Assembly: GCA_963845755.1 (NCBI GenBank)
Contig: CAWJTV010000005.1
Location: 1-64,000, forward strand
Direction: 5' to 3'
Origin: an uncultured Planctomycetota bacterium
Lineage (GTDB): Bacteria > Planctomycetota > Planctomycetia > Isosphaerales > Isosphaeraceae
DNA length: 64,000 nt
In this document: piece by piece, positions 51,817-62,273 of the stretch
Layout of the letters: each line of letters opens with the position of its first letter
How positions within the stretch are numbered: position 1 is the first letter of the stretch
The notes under the pieces: generated by a model
Seen by the model: only the letters and a program-made list of their open reading frames with translations
Database searches by the model: none
Told to the model about the DNA's origin: nothing
Position numbers and translations under genes: made by a program

Positions 51817-52695
51817 TCAGGGGCCGCAGGTCACGACCCGGACCCATCCTAGTCCGAGAGGTTGAAGGATCTTCGCGGCTTGTTGGGCCGCGACCGAACT
51901 GCGGCACAGCCCGAAATAGGCCGAGCCACTGCCACTCATCGAGGACCCGTCGAGCAACGGGCCCAGGTCCGCCAGGGCGTTTCGAACCCGAAGCAATTCG
52001 GGCCGCATCGCCTCGGCAAACGGTTGGAGGCGGTTGAACAGGCGTGGTCCCAGGTCGGGTGGTCCACCGTTCGCCAGCGCCTCCAGAACGGATCTGGCCG
52101 ACTGGGGCGAGTTGGGGGGAACCACGCGACGATAGACGTCGGCCGTGCTCATGCCGACTGCCGGACAAACCAGGACAAAGTGATAGTGATCGTTAAGCGG
52201 CACCGCCTCCACCTGCTCGCCCCGACCGCGACAGACCGCGGCGGGGACATGATTGAAGAAGGAGACATCGCTGCCGATCTCCGCCGCCAGGGCATCCAAC
52301 CGCGGACCGGAGATCTTCAGATCCCAGACCCGATCGAGTCCGGCCAGGGTTGCCGCGGCATCGCTCGAGCCTCCGGCCAGCCCGGCCTGGGCCGGGATCG
52401 CCTTGATTAACTCGATCTCCGCTCCGCGCCGACACCCGGTCGCCACCCTCAGCCGATCGGCCGCCTGGATCACCAGATTGTCGCTGCCGACCGGTAAGGT
52501 CGGATCGTTGCACCTCAGGCGGATCTCGCCCGACGGCTCGTCCCGGATCGTCAGGGTATCGTACAGGTTCACGGCGACCATCACACTCTCGATCTGGTGA
52601 TAGCCATCCGGCCTACGTCCCACGACCTCCAGAAACAGGTTTAACTTCGCCGGTGCGAGGATCTCCACGCCGCCAGCGATCGAACGAATGATCAT
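51817..52695 (-). CDS. ispE: 4-diphosphocytidyl-2-C-methyl-D-erythritol kinase
   Basis: APAKLNLFL, RPDGYH, IPAQAGLAGGSSDAA, GSDV, MSGSGS. Confidence 0.95.
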   Translation of the reverse strand: MIIRSIAGGVEILAPAKLNLFLEVVGRRPDGYHQIESVMVAVNLYDTLTIRDEPSGEIRLRCNDPTLPVGSDNLVIQAADRLRVATGCRRGAEIELIKAIPAQAGLAGGSSDAAATLAGLDRVWDLKISGPRLDALAAEIGSDVSFFNHVPAAVCRGRGEQVEAVPLNDHYHFVLVCPAVGMSTADVYRRVVPPNSPQSARSVLEALANGGPPDLGPRLFNRLQPFAEAMRPELLRVRNALADLGPLLDGSSMSGSGSAYFGLCRSSVAAQQAAKILQPLGLGWVRVVTCGP

Positions 52696-53009
52696 AAGAC
52701 CCAGCCCTCGAGCCGGCTCGGGCGTGGTGGGAACCCCATCTCACCACGAAACGACTCGAGAATAACACGAACACTTCCCTCATGAAACCGGTGCTGATCG
52801 ACGATCCGCTTCCTTGCGTCGGCACAAGGATAACGGACGTGAGTGACGGCACATTCCTCGGGTTTGTGGGCCTCATTCTGCGGTGGTTCTATCCCGATCA
52901 GCCGATCCCTGCAAGGCCGAAAAATCTTCAAAATCGAAAAAGCTTCCCAGGTCCCGCCAGTGTTCTTCCCCGGCACGCAACGTGTTCTTTCCCAACCCGT
53001 CGCGTCCGT

Positions 53010-53528
53010 TCAGGACGGCGCCGACGAGAGTCGATCGCGGAGTGCACCCAGGCATCGACGATCCTCGATCCGGCCGAGGGCTTCCAGGCATCGCATTAAC
53101 CCATCAACGGCGTCGTAGAAAGGCCGATTTGCCGGTCGTTCGGGGGGCAATCGCCCCGAGAATGGTCGCGGCAGCGCCTTCCGGCCGAGTTCGACCGCGT
53201 AGCCGAAATGCCCGCTGGCGAGACTGGGGTCGCGGAATTCCTCGAGGGCGATCCGCCCGAGCGCGTTGTGAACCCAGAGATTGTCGTGGCAGGCGGAGAG
53301 TGCGTAGCGCAGGGCGTCGCGTGCGGCCTCCGGGTCTCCGGCCTTCCAGATCTCCAGACCTTCCTCGTAGTCGAGCTCGGTCTCCTGGACCCCCCTGGGA
53401 TGAACCAACTCGAAGTCATTCCCTCCAACCCGCGCCAGGCGAATCGATCCGGGCTTCTGCCGCGGTCGCCGGGACGGTGGCCGGCCCTCTTGCCGCGCCG
53501 GTCGTCCGTCGGCGCGGTTTGTCGTCAT
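53010..53528 (-). CDS. Hypothetical TPR-like protein
   Basis: Helical repeats (AARDALRYAL, HNALGRIAL), HFGYA, NRPFY. Confidence 0.7.
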   Translation of the reverse strand: MTTNRADGRPARQEGRPPSRRPRQKPGSIRLARVGGNDFELVHPRGVQETELDYEEGLEIWKAGDPEAARDALRYALSACHDNLWVHNALGRIALEEFRDPSLASGHFGYAVELGRKALPRPFSGRLPPERPANRPFYDAVDGLMRCLEALGRIEDRRCLGALRDRLSSAPS

Positions 53529-53785
53529 CCCGCCGTCCCATCCCGTTCATCGCGAAGCCGCCTCTCCTCGGGGATGAATCTCAGTTGCAAGAACCACGCT
53601 ATCCCAATGACGCTAATCGGCTTCGTCCCGGCTTGCAAGCGATCTCCAGGACGTCATTGGAGATTGGGCCTCCACCGCGAGCGTCGAGGGGCGGCGCGAG
53701 GACGTCCCTTCGGCGTAACCTTAATCATCTGGAGGGCCGAACGCCCGAGCGGGGCTCAAGGCCTAGTTTCCGAGGGCCGGCGGCC

Positions 53786-54568
53786 TTATTCGATTCCAAA
53801 CGTCGCCTTGCCGAGAATCTTGGTATTACTCACCTGGGTCACCTTGAGGATCTCGGCCCCGCCCTTGCGGAACGTGATGCCATCGGCGAACTGATGGGTC
53901 CCTCCATCGGCCGGCGTGAAGGTGTACTTCTTGACCGGGAACTTGGCCGCGTGATCTGTAGGACTGTACAGTTGAATGGTGCCCGCGTAGTCGGTGACAG
54001 GCTGACCTGCGCGATCGAGGGCGGTCACCGAGAAAGTCACGGGAGTCCCCGGGCGCCGAAGTGTTGGGGTGCGGTAATCCGGAACGATGTTGCCCTGGCG
54101 GGTGCTACGGAGACGCTGACGCTGGCCTCGCTCCGCCCGACGACTCGCTCGGCGGGAATGAACTCGGCCTGGATTTCATAGGTGTCTCCACCCTGGAGCC
54201 GGCCGGTGCCGAGCTGCGCGACGCCCCGCGGGTTCAGATGGGAGGAGCCCAGCACCTCCGTTGTGGGGGAAACGATGGAGAATCGCACTCGTCCGGTGGT
54301 CACAAGCCGGCCATGCGGGAAGGCATTCACCGTCGCAACCAGGATTACCCGCGATCCGGTCGCCGTCGTATTGGTCGAGGCCTGGAGCGAGGTGACCGTC
54401 GGCCGCTTTCCGGCAACGGTTTCGATCTGGGCGGAGGGCGATGAAGTGGTTGGGTGGGTCACACCGCTGAGCAAGACCCGCCCCTCCAAGGTCTCCACCG
54501 ACCAATTCCCGATCATCCGGCGCTCGGTTGCGCACGGGCCTGCACTCCTCTCGATTCCTATGCGACAT
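53786..54568 (-). CDS. Small secreted Ig-like protein with a planctomycete LExRxLL leader (frameshifted)
   Basis: VETLEGRVLLS; beta-sandwich segments; YAGTIQL...YTFTPADGGTHQF. Confidence 0.7.
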
Positions 54569-54928
54569 CCTGGCCTCCCCGGCCGAATCGCAACTCGTCC
54601 CAGAATGAGTGTCGGTCAGAGAACCCGCAGCGCTTTCGCGCTCGCCGATTTCTCGTCAATCGAGCACCGGAACCCATCGCGAATTGTCGCACCAGGCTGA
54701 AGTGAGATTAGGAAGACGGGGCAGAATTGAACGGAGGACCACCCCATCAAGGTACGGACAGTACCACGAAACCGCGACACCTGGCAAGATCCATCGGATC
54801 GGAGCAAAGGGGATCGCAACAATCATCGGCGCCCTTGAGTGCGCCACGGACGCGTCGATAACATGCTTTGACTCGGTCCCGGCACCTTGTGTTGACTTCG
54901 CAAGTTCCTCGAGGGCAGACTTTCAGCC

Positions 54929-55957
54929 ATGGCGAACGATTACGATGCGATCCTGGTCGTCGGTTTCGGAGGCCCGGAACGACCCGAGGACGTCATGCCG
55001 TTTCTCGAGAACGTCACGCGAGGTCGGAACGTTCCCCGGGAGCGACTGCTCGAGGTGGCCGAGCATTATCGTCATTTCGGTGGAGTCAGTCCGATCAATG
55101 CTCAGGTCCAAGAGTTGATCGGTGTCTTGAGGACGGAACTCGACCAATCCGGCCTCTCGCAGCCGATTTACTGGGGAAACCGGAACTGGCACCCGATGCT
55201 CGCCGACACGCTCAGCGCGATGGCTGCGTCGAGCGTAAAGCGGGCGCTGGCGGTTGTGCTGGCGGCGTATAGCTCGTACTCCAGTTGCCGCCAGTATCGA
55301 GAGGACATCGAGCGCGCGCGGGAAGTGGCCGGGCCGCACGCGCCTCCCGTTAACAAGGTGCGGGTGTTCTACAATCATCCCGGCTTTGTCCTGGCAAACG
55401 GGGAGCGTGTTCGGGAGGCGCTGGGCTCGATCCCTGCCGAACGGCAGAGATCGGTCCACGTCGTCTTCACGGCGCACAGCATCCCGCTCTCCATGGCCCG
55501 GACTTGCGACTACGAACAACAGCTTCTTGAGACGTGCCGCCTGGTTGCGGAAGAAGTTGGGATCAGCGCGGATCGTTGGGCGACGGTCTACCAGAGTCGA
55601 AGCGGCCGGCCCGGAGATCCCTGGCTGGAACCGGATATCCTGGATTATCTCAGGGACTTACATCGATCGGGTGTCCAGGATGTCCTGATTCATCCCGTCG
55701 GATTTCTGTCCGATCACGTCGAGGTTCTCTACGACCTGGACGAGGAGGCTCGCCACATCTGTGAAGAACTCGGTATGGGGATGGTCCGAAGCCGGAGCGT
55801 CGGCTCTCATCCCCTTTTCGTGGCGATGCTTCGCGAGCTCATCGAGGAGCGAATCCGAGGCGTCCCCGAACGGACTCGCCGGGCGATCGGTCAGTTCGGA
55901 CCCAGCCACGATCTGTGTCCGGAGATGTGTTGCCTCCCACCCTCCCGGCCGCGCTGA
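54929..55957 (+). CDS. hemH: Ferrochelatase
   Basis: FGGPE, GGVSPIN, FTAHSIP, YQSRSG..PWLEPD, GFLSDHVEVLYDLD. Confidence 0.96.
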   Translation: MANDYDAILVVGFGGPERPEDVMPFLENVTRGRNVPRERLLEVAEHYRHFGGVSPINAQVQELIGVLRTELDQSGLSQPIYWGNRNWHPMLADTLSAMAASSVKRALAVVLAAYSSYSSCRQYREDIERAREVAGPHAPPVNKVRVFYNHPGFVLANGERVREALGSIPAERQRSVHVVFTAHSIPLSMARTCDYEQQLLETCRLVAEEVGISADRWATVYQSRSGRPGDPWLEPDILDYLRDLHRSGVQDVLIHPVGFLSDHVEVLYDLDEEARHICEELGMGMVRSRSVGSHPLFVAMLRELIEERIRGVPERTRRAIGQFGPSHDLCPEMCCLPPSRPR

Positions 55958-55988
55958 GAGTCTCGAGCGCATGTCCCCCGGGTTGCGG

Positions 55989-56513
55989 CTAGACTTCCAG
56001 GTCCACGGGTTTCGGTTTCTCCGTGTTGGCGCACCAGGAACTGGCTCCGACACCGCGAGCCGGGTCGGTCCAATGCCAAGGCGTGCCGCAGGATTTCCTC
56101 GAAGATTCCGCGAACCGGATCCGCTCGACAGAGACCCATTCGTTCTCTGACATCTCACCACCCACGTAGTGGACGAAATATCGGTCGCCGTCGCGTTTCA
56201 GGACGAAGCCAGGATGCCACTCTTCATCCCTCTCGATCACGATCTCGCTGGCACAAGGGTGGTCAACGACGCTGGTGGCCGAACCGGGCGGACCCAGAAG
56301 ACTCAAAATCTCTTCGGCAGACATCCCGCGCTCGAGCATCTGTTGCTTGAGGGCCGTCTCCATCCGGACTTTGCTCACGCTTGCCCAGGCTGGGACGATG
56401 ATCCCTGCCAGACTGATAATGACGCAAAGGCCTACACCCATCCCCACGATGGCCAGGGCTAGAATCTGTGCGGAGCTGAAGTCGGCGGGGACCGGGACGA
56501 GATGATTGACCAT
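55989..56513 (-). CDS. Membrane protein with a C-terminal Tudor/Agenet-like barrel
   Basis: TM helix; ALKQQMLERGMSAEEI; EEWHPGFVLKRDGDRYFVHYVG...NEWVSVERIR. Confidence 0.75.
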   Translation of the reverse strand: MVNHLVPVPADFSSAQILALAIVGMGVGLCVIISLAGIIVPAWASVSKVRMETALKQQMLERGMSAEEILSLLGPPGSATSVVDHPCASEIVIERDEEWHPGFVLKRDGDRYFVHYVGGEMSENEWVSVERIRFAESSRKSCGTPWHWTDPARGVGASSWCANTEKPKPVDLEV

Positions 56514-56848
56514 CAGCTATCTCCTTGCGGCAGAGGATACGAGGTATTCGAGGTGGGGATCGAATCGCGAGTTATCTGGAATTCGGAGGATACGGGTTTT
56601 TATTGTGGATCGGAGCCGATTGATTGACATGCGAGCAGTAGGAGACCTCTCGACGGCCCTAGACAGCCAACCCAGCCAGCACGTATCGTGATACGTGGTC
56701 CATAGAAACGAATGGGGAGACGTGGCGTTCTCGGTGCCAACCGCGGCCGCGGAGAAAAACCCCGTAGGGAGCCGCTTCCCGGAGGATTCGGTCAGGTCCC
56801 GGTGGGACGGCGTCCCACGCGGCGAATGTCAAAGAGGAGAAAGGGTTG

Positions 56849-58015
56849 ATGGCTCCGCGTCGTATCTTGCTGGTCGAAGATAGCTCCACCATGCGTCGAA
56901 TGCTCTCGATGAAGCTCGTCGCGGAGGGGTACGACGTCTCCACCGCCAATGACGGTGTTGAGGGCCTGGGCAAAGCCCGCGAGGAGCCACGGCCGGAGTT
57001 GATCCTGACGGACTACGAGATGCCCGAGATGGACGGAGCGGGATTGTGCAAGGCCCTCAAAGCGGACAAGGAAGTACGCTCGATCCCGGTCCTCATGCTG
57101 ACGACGCTCGCCGAGACGGACAACAAGGTCGCAGGGCTGGAGGCCGGGGCGGACGATTATATCGTGAAGCCGAAGAGCCCCGATGATTTCCGTGAGCTGT
57201 TCGCGAAGATCCGAGCCCACTTTCGGATCGCCGACCTCAGTCGGGAACTCGCCGATCGGAATCGGTTGTTGGAGGCCGCCCACAAGAAGTTGATGTTCGA
57301 GCTGGTTCTGGCCCAAAAGGTCCAGCTTGCCCTGATGCCCCGTCCACCCAAGCCCCGAGGCGTGCTGCGACTGGCGGTCCGATACAAGCCGGCGAATCAG
57401 TTGGGTGGAGATGTCTACGACATCTATCGCCTGGACAACGACCGCCTGGGAATCCTGGTGGCCGACGTCTCGGGCCATGGCGTCAACTCGGCGATGCTAT
57501 CGGGCATGGTCAAGGCCCTGGCAGCTCCGCTGTCGATCGCGGTACTTGAACCCGGCGAGCTGCTGGCAGGGCTCGACGTGGCGACCGAGCAGTATTTCCC
57601 CGAGGGCTATTTCTGTACGGGGTTCTATCTGATCGCCGATGAGGAGACGGGATTGGTGCGGTACGCCGGGGTCGGCCATCCTCCCGCCATCATCGTCGGA
57701 CCCAACGGGCCGCGCACGCTCCCGTCGAATCCGGGGATGCTGGGAATCGGCATGGTCAACGGCACTGCCGGAGATGCGGATCGCATCGATCCGGGCGAAT
57801 CCCTCGTCATCTACACCGACGGCCTGACGGACGCCATGGACCCATCGGACGCGCTCTTCGGCGAGGAACGCCTCAAGACCGTCCTCCAGTCCCACTACGG
57901 CGCCGATCCCAACGAGATTCTCAACCAGGTCAACGCGGCACTCGAGCGCCATACGTCTCCCGGCACTCCGTCTGACGATATCAATATCATCGTGCTCCAG
58001 CATCCCTCGGAGTAG
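56849..58015 (+). CDS. Response regulator-PP2C (SpoIIE/RsbU-like) phosphatase
   Basis: REC (VEDS, TDYEMP, KP); GGDVYD, ADVSGHG, YTDGL, DDI. Confidence 0.93.
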   Translation: MAPRRILLVEDSSTMRRMLSMKLVAEGYDVSTANDGVEGLGKAREEPRPELILTDYEMPEMDGAGLCKALKADKEVRSIPVLMLTTLAETDNKVAGLEAGADDYIVKPKSPDDFRELFAKIRAHFRIADLSRELADRNRLLEAAHKKLMFELVLAQKVQLALMPRPPKPRGVLRLAVRYKPANQLGGDVYDIYRLDNDRLGILVADVSGHGVNSAMLSGMVKALAAPLSIAVLEPGELLAGLDVATEQYFPEGYFCTGFYLIADEETGLVRYAGVGHPPAIIVGPNGPRTLPSNPGMLGIGMVNGTAGDADRIDPGESLVIYTDGLTDAMDPSDALFGEERLKTVLQSHYGADPNEILNQVNAALERHTSPGTPSDDINIIVLQHPSE

Positions 58016-58107
58016 CTCCGCACAAGGAATGCCAATACGCTGCGACCCAACGTTCCGCCGGTTTCCCTTCGACGTTTTTCTGGACGCTCCCCAAGCCCCT
58101 AGGGGCA

Positions 58108-58116
58108 TGTTAAACT
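58108..58116 (+). promoter_or_regulatory. Extended -10 promoter (TGtTAAACT) upstream of the chemosensory genes
   Basis: Same motif as at 1752 and 4992. Confidence 0.45.
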
Positions 58117-58394
58117 AATGGGGTAGCGGGGATTGTCTCCGAGCTCGAATCCCGCTTCTCCGGCTCGCCAGAAGATGCGTTCCGATCCAGGCATGATAAG
58201 CTAACTCGACTGCACCACTCGACGAGTGGGTGAGCGTATGGTGCGCCATACCGAGAGCAAGTGCACGTAGAGCCTGGCCATGAAAGACTTTCGGGAGAAT
58301 GAGCTGTTAGGGTTCCAGGTCCGGAATTGGAATGAGGGGCCGAATTCGGCCTCGCCGGTTCCTGTCAGGCCGCCTGCCGGTGGGGGGCGAGCGA

Positions 58395-58685
58395 GTGGTT
58401 GAACCGATCGACGCGACGATTCTGGTAACCGGACCGGTCACGGTCTACGAGGTCGGAACGATCCGCGAGACATTTCGGGCCGCTCTGTCGGAAAGGACGG
58501 CGGTTCGAATCGATCTATCGGATTCGGGTCCATGGGACGTCGCTGGTCTCCAGCTCCTGATTTCCTGCGTGAAGTCCGGATGGGAACGGGGGCAGTCGGT
58601 GCTGTTGGTGAATCCTCCGCGAGTTTGTGCTGATCTGGCCGATCGATCCGGCTTGTTGGATTGGCTGCGTTCCGTGGAAGGCTGA
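58395..58685 (+). CDS. STAS-domain protein
   Basis: GPVTVYEV, IDLSD, DVAGLQLL. Confidence 0.85.
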   Translation: MVEPIDATILVTGPVTVYEVGTIRETFRAALSERTAVRIDLSDSGPWDVAGLQLLISCVKSGWERGQSVLLVNPPRVCADLADRSGLLDWLRSVEG

Positions 58686-59098
58686 GAGGACGTGAAGGAT
58701 TCGGATGGATGATCCCAAATTCAAAACTCAATGAACGCAATTCCCTATGCGGGAATGACTTGCTTCCCCTTTGAATCTTGAATTTGTGATTTTGGATCGA
58801 TCTTTTACGGCCACAGAATCATCCCGCAACTGGAAGAGGTCCGTGAATCGCTGTCCTTCGAGGCGATCGGTAGGCTCCTCAGAAACCGTGAACGTATCGA
58901 TTTTAGGGCACACGATAAAGACAGACTATGGGTGTAACTCCTGTCAACACAGAGCGTTAAGCTCGTAGAATCCGAGATTCTCTGGTCGATTTCTTCACGT
59001 GTTGTTAGCGGAGAGCCGGGGCACACGAAGAACGCCTGGGACAAAGGAGCTGGCTCTGGGCCACACGACATCGGACGGCGGACGTTGGACAACGGACT

Positions 59099-59464
59099 AT
59101 GAGCAAGACCATCGTTCATGCGGATGATAGCGCCTCGGTGCGTCGGTGGGTGGCCGAGCAACTCAGCGACATGGACGTCAAGGTCGTCTCGGTCGCCGAT
59201 GGAGAAGCAGCGCTTCGAGTCCTGAAGGAATCGCCCTGCGATCTCCTTCTGACCGATCTCGAGATGCCCAACCTCGACGGCCTTCAACTGGTTGCGGCCG
59301 TTCGTGATCTCCCCATGCATCGCTTCCTGCCGGTCCTCGTCTTGTCGTGCCGACTGCCCGAAGAATTCGAATCCCAAGACCGCCAGGGTGTCACCGGTTG
59401 GCTGGTCAAGCCGGTCGCCCCGGACAACCTGCGACGCTGGGTCCGGCGGGCCCTGCCACGATGA
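59099..59464 (+). CDS. cheY: CheY-like single-domain response regulator
   Basis: ADDS, TDLEMPNLDG, GWLVKP; upstream of cheA. Confidence 0.88.
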   Translation: MSKTIVHADDSASVRRWVAEQLSDMDVKVVSVADGEAALRVLKESPCDLLLTDLEMPNLDGLQLVAAVRDLPMHRFLPVLVLSCRLPEEFESQDRQGVTGWLVKPVAPDNLRRWVRRALPR

Positions 59465-59807
59465 AGGTCTCGCGAGGAGTTTGTGTTCGATTTCGGGAAT
59501 CACGGTAGAATTAGGATGATCAAGACAAAACGTTACCGGCCCCTGAACTCACCGGCACACTCGGAATCGGAGCCGCGTTCGGGCGGAACGGAGGCGTAGG
59601 TGTTGCCGCAGGCTCGATCGAGTCAGAGGCACTAGACGGGCCGCCTCAAAGTTACAGATTCCGACTAGTGGATGGATATTACGCCTTTTCCAATTGGCAC
59701 TTGCATTCGTTGAGACTTGACCTGGAAGAGCTTCGATCCGCTGGTCTTCCCAGGCGTTGGGCGATGCTACTTAGGGCTTCTGGGACCATTCTCGAGGACA
59801 GACGCCA

Positions 59808-62273
59808 TTGACTGAAAGTGCGGATGATCGATTCCGCGAGATGTTTTTCGAGGAAGCGCGTGAACTCCTGATCGGCCTCGAAGAAGGCCTGATGGATCTG
59901 GAGCGGCGTCAAGGGGATCGTGCGCATCTGGATAAAACGTTCCGTGCGGCCCACAGTCTCAAGGGTGCTGCCGGTATGGTGGGCTTGATGGCCCTCGCCG
60001 AGTTCACGCATGGTATCGAAGCCGTGCTGGATCGGATCCGCGCCGGCGCACTGACGGTGGATTCCGACATCATCACGACCCTGCTCGAAGCGCGCGATCA
60101 CCTGGCGGCGATGGTGGAAGCCGAGTCGGCCAAGTCGCCCATTCCCCCCTCGACCGAGCTCTCCCAGCGGCTCGGCGCGCTGCTGCGCGGGATGTCCCAA
60201 ACCCCGAAACCGCCAGGAAAAGGCGGTGGTCCCTCATCGCCACCACCAGCTCCCGACGTTCCGCCTGCCGCTCCACCTCGTTCAACATCCCCGGCGGAAT
60301 CGAATACGTCCCGAGCGACCCCGGAAGAGCCTCGGCGTCAAGCGAGTGCCTCATCAGGTCCACCCGAGCCGAATCCGGCGGAGGCGAGAGCTCCCGAAGA
60401 TCCTGGCAAACCGAGCCGTCGGAAGGCTCCGAAGGGGAGTGGTGGGGACTCGGCCTCGAAGTCACGACCGTCCCGCGGGAAGACCCAGAAGATGGGCCGG
60501 TCCGCCAATTCACCGACATCCCCACCTTCAGGAGTGGGCTCGGGGGCCAAGGGTGAGGGGTCGGAGTTCCATGACTACCGCATCACCCTCTCTCCAGGCC
60601 CCGACATTCTCCGCCGCGGGATCAATCCGCTCGGCGTCTTCGACGAGCTGCGCGAGCTCGGCACGGCGACGGTCTCCACGGATGTTGAGCAGGTTCCCTC
60701 GCTCGACGTGATCGACCCGGAGCGCTGTTATCTGAACTGGACTATCCACGTCCACACCGACGCGGAACCCGATCGGCTCAACGAGGTGTTCCTGTTCTTT
60801 ACGGAGGATAGTTCCGTCATCATCGAACGTCGAGCCGATGATGGCCGTTGGGTGCGCGTAGATACGGACGAGAGGGCTGCACCGCCGCCAGTCACTCTCC
60901 CGGGGAATGGGGCCGCGAGCGTCGTGCTCCCGGACGAATCTCCCGCTGTGACCGAAGTGGCGATCCCGCAGTTGCCACCGGCGCCCGTCTCAGTCCCGAC
61001 TTCACTCTCGGTTTTGCCACCTGCCGCGGCGGGAAATGGCGCACCGCACACGCGTGTCACGCCGCGCCCGCACTCTCGAATCCGGGTCAACGCCACCCAA
61101 CTCGACGAACTGGTCGGGCTCGCCGGGGAACTCGCCGTCCTGTCGGACAACCTCATGGGCTTGCGTGAAGTCCATGGCGTGGAATCCTGGTTGCATGCGC
61201 TTGAGTCGCTCCAGCGGGTGAGTCGTGAAATCCGAGATACGACGCTCGACTTGCGGATGGTGCCCGTCGACGAGCTGTTCTCGCGGTTTCCGCGAGTGGT
61301 CCGAGACCTGGCCGATCGCTCGGGCAAAGAGATCGACCTGCGGATCGTCGGCCAGGAGACGCGCCTGGACCGGACGATTGTCGAGCGGCTGAGCGATCCG
61401 ATGGTGCACCTGATCCGCAACGCCGTGGACCATGCGTTGGAACATCCGAAGGACCGCCTCGAGCGGGGAAAGCCGCGCGTCGGCCGGATCACGCTCTCGG
61501 CCGGGCACGAGGGAGATCGGGTCGCCATCCGGGTCGAGGACGATGGTCGGGGGCTGGACCGCGAGAAGATCGTCCGCAAGGGAATCGCTCTGAAGATGAT
61601 CGCGCCGGGGACCGCCGCGGAAGACCCTCGGGTCGTCAGCCTCATCTTCGAGCCGGGTTTTTCGACGCGCGACACGGTCAACGAGCTCTCCGGCCGCGGA
61701 GTCGGCCTGGACGTGGTCCGCGACGCGGTCCGGGCTCTGCGGGGCACCGTGACGGTCGAGAGTACGCCCGGCAAGGGGACCGCCTTCATCTTCCGATTGC
61801 CCCTGACCCTGGCCTTGATCGACGGACTGCTGATCGAGACGGCCGGTGGGAAATACGTCGTCCCTCTGGCCCAGGTCGAGGAATGTGTGGCGCTCAATGG
61901 GACGCGTTCGGCCCTGGCGGAAGATCGGCCCTGCGTGTCGGTGCGCGGCGACCTGGTCCCGATGGTCTCGCTCCGCAAACTGTTCCAGACCGACGGCCCT
62001 TTGCCGGCGCGACAAGAGCTACTCCTCACGCGACATGCCGGTCAACGGGTCGGAATCGCGGTCGATCGGCTGCTGGGACGCGTCCAGGCGGTCATCCAGT
62101 CCCTGGGCGAGGGACTCCATGGCATCAACCGCTTCTCCGGAGCCACCATCTTGGGCGATGGCTCCGTCTCCCTTATCCTCGATTTGTCGGCCCTGGTGTC
62201 GGAATCACGATTCGCCGAGCAGAGCGCACGTTTCACGCCCTCGGCCGGTGGCAGGGCGGAGGGTTTTCGATGA
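59808..62273 (+). CDS. cheA: Chemotaxis histidine kinase CheA
   Basis: Hpt [37 protein letters not shown]; CheW domain SGATILGDG. Confidence 0.97.
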   Translation: MTESADDRFREMFFEEARELLIGLEEGLMDLERRQGDRAHLDKTFRAAHSLKGAAGMVGLMALAEFTHGIEAVLDRIRAGALTVDSDIITTLLEARDHLAAMVEAESAKSPIPPSTELSQRLGALLRGMSQTPKPPGKGGGPSSPPPAPDVPPAAPPRSTSPAESNTSRATPEEPRRQASASSGPPEPNPAEARAPEDPGKPSRRKAPKGSGGDSASKSRPSRGKTQKMGRSANSPTSPPSGVGSGAKGEGSEFHDYRITLSPGPDILRRGINPLGVFDELRELGTATVSTDVEQVPSLDVIDPERCYLNWTIHVHTDAEPDRLNEVFLFFTEDSSVIIERRADDGRWVRVDTDERAAPPPVTLPGNGAASVVLPDESPAVTEVAIPQLPPAPVSVPTSLSVLPPAAAGNGAPHTRVTPRPHSRIRVNATQLDELVGLAGELAVLSDNLMGLREVHGVESWLHALESLQRVSREIRDTTLDLRMVPVDELFSRFPRVVRDLADRSGKEIDLRIVGQETRLDRTIVERLSDPMVHLIRNAVDHALEHPKDRLERGKPRVGRITLSAGHEGDRVAIRVEDDGRGLDREKIVRKGIALKMIAPGTAAEDPRVVSLIFEPGFSTRDTVNELSGRGVGLDVVRDAVRALRGTVTVESTPGKGTAFIFRLPLTLALIDGLLIETAGGKYVVPLAQVEECVALNGTRSALAEDRPCVSVRGDLVPMVSLRKLFQTDGPLPARQELLLTRHAGQRVGIAVDRLLGRVQAVIQSLGEGLHGINRFSGATILGDGSVSLILDLSALVSESRFAEQSARFTPSAGGRAEGFR

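Noticed and set aside
59694..59712. Sigma54 promoter before cheA (TTGGCAC...)
   Set aside because: The -12 position reads CG instead of the required GC.
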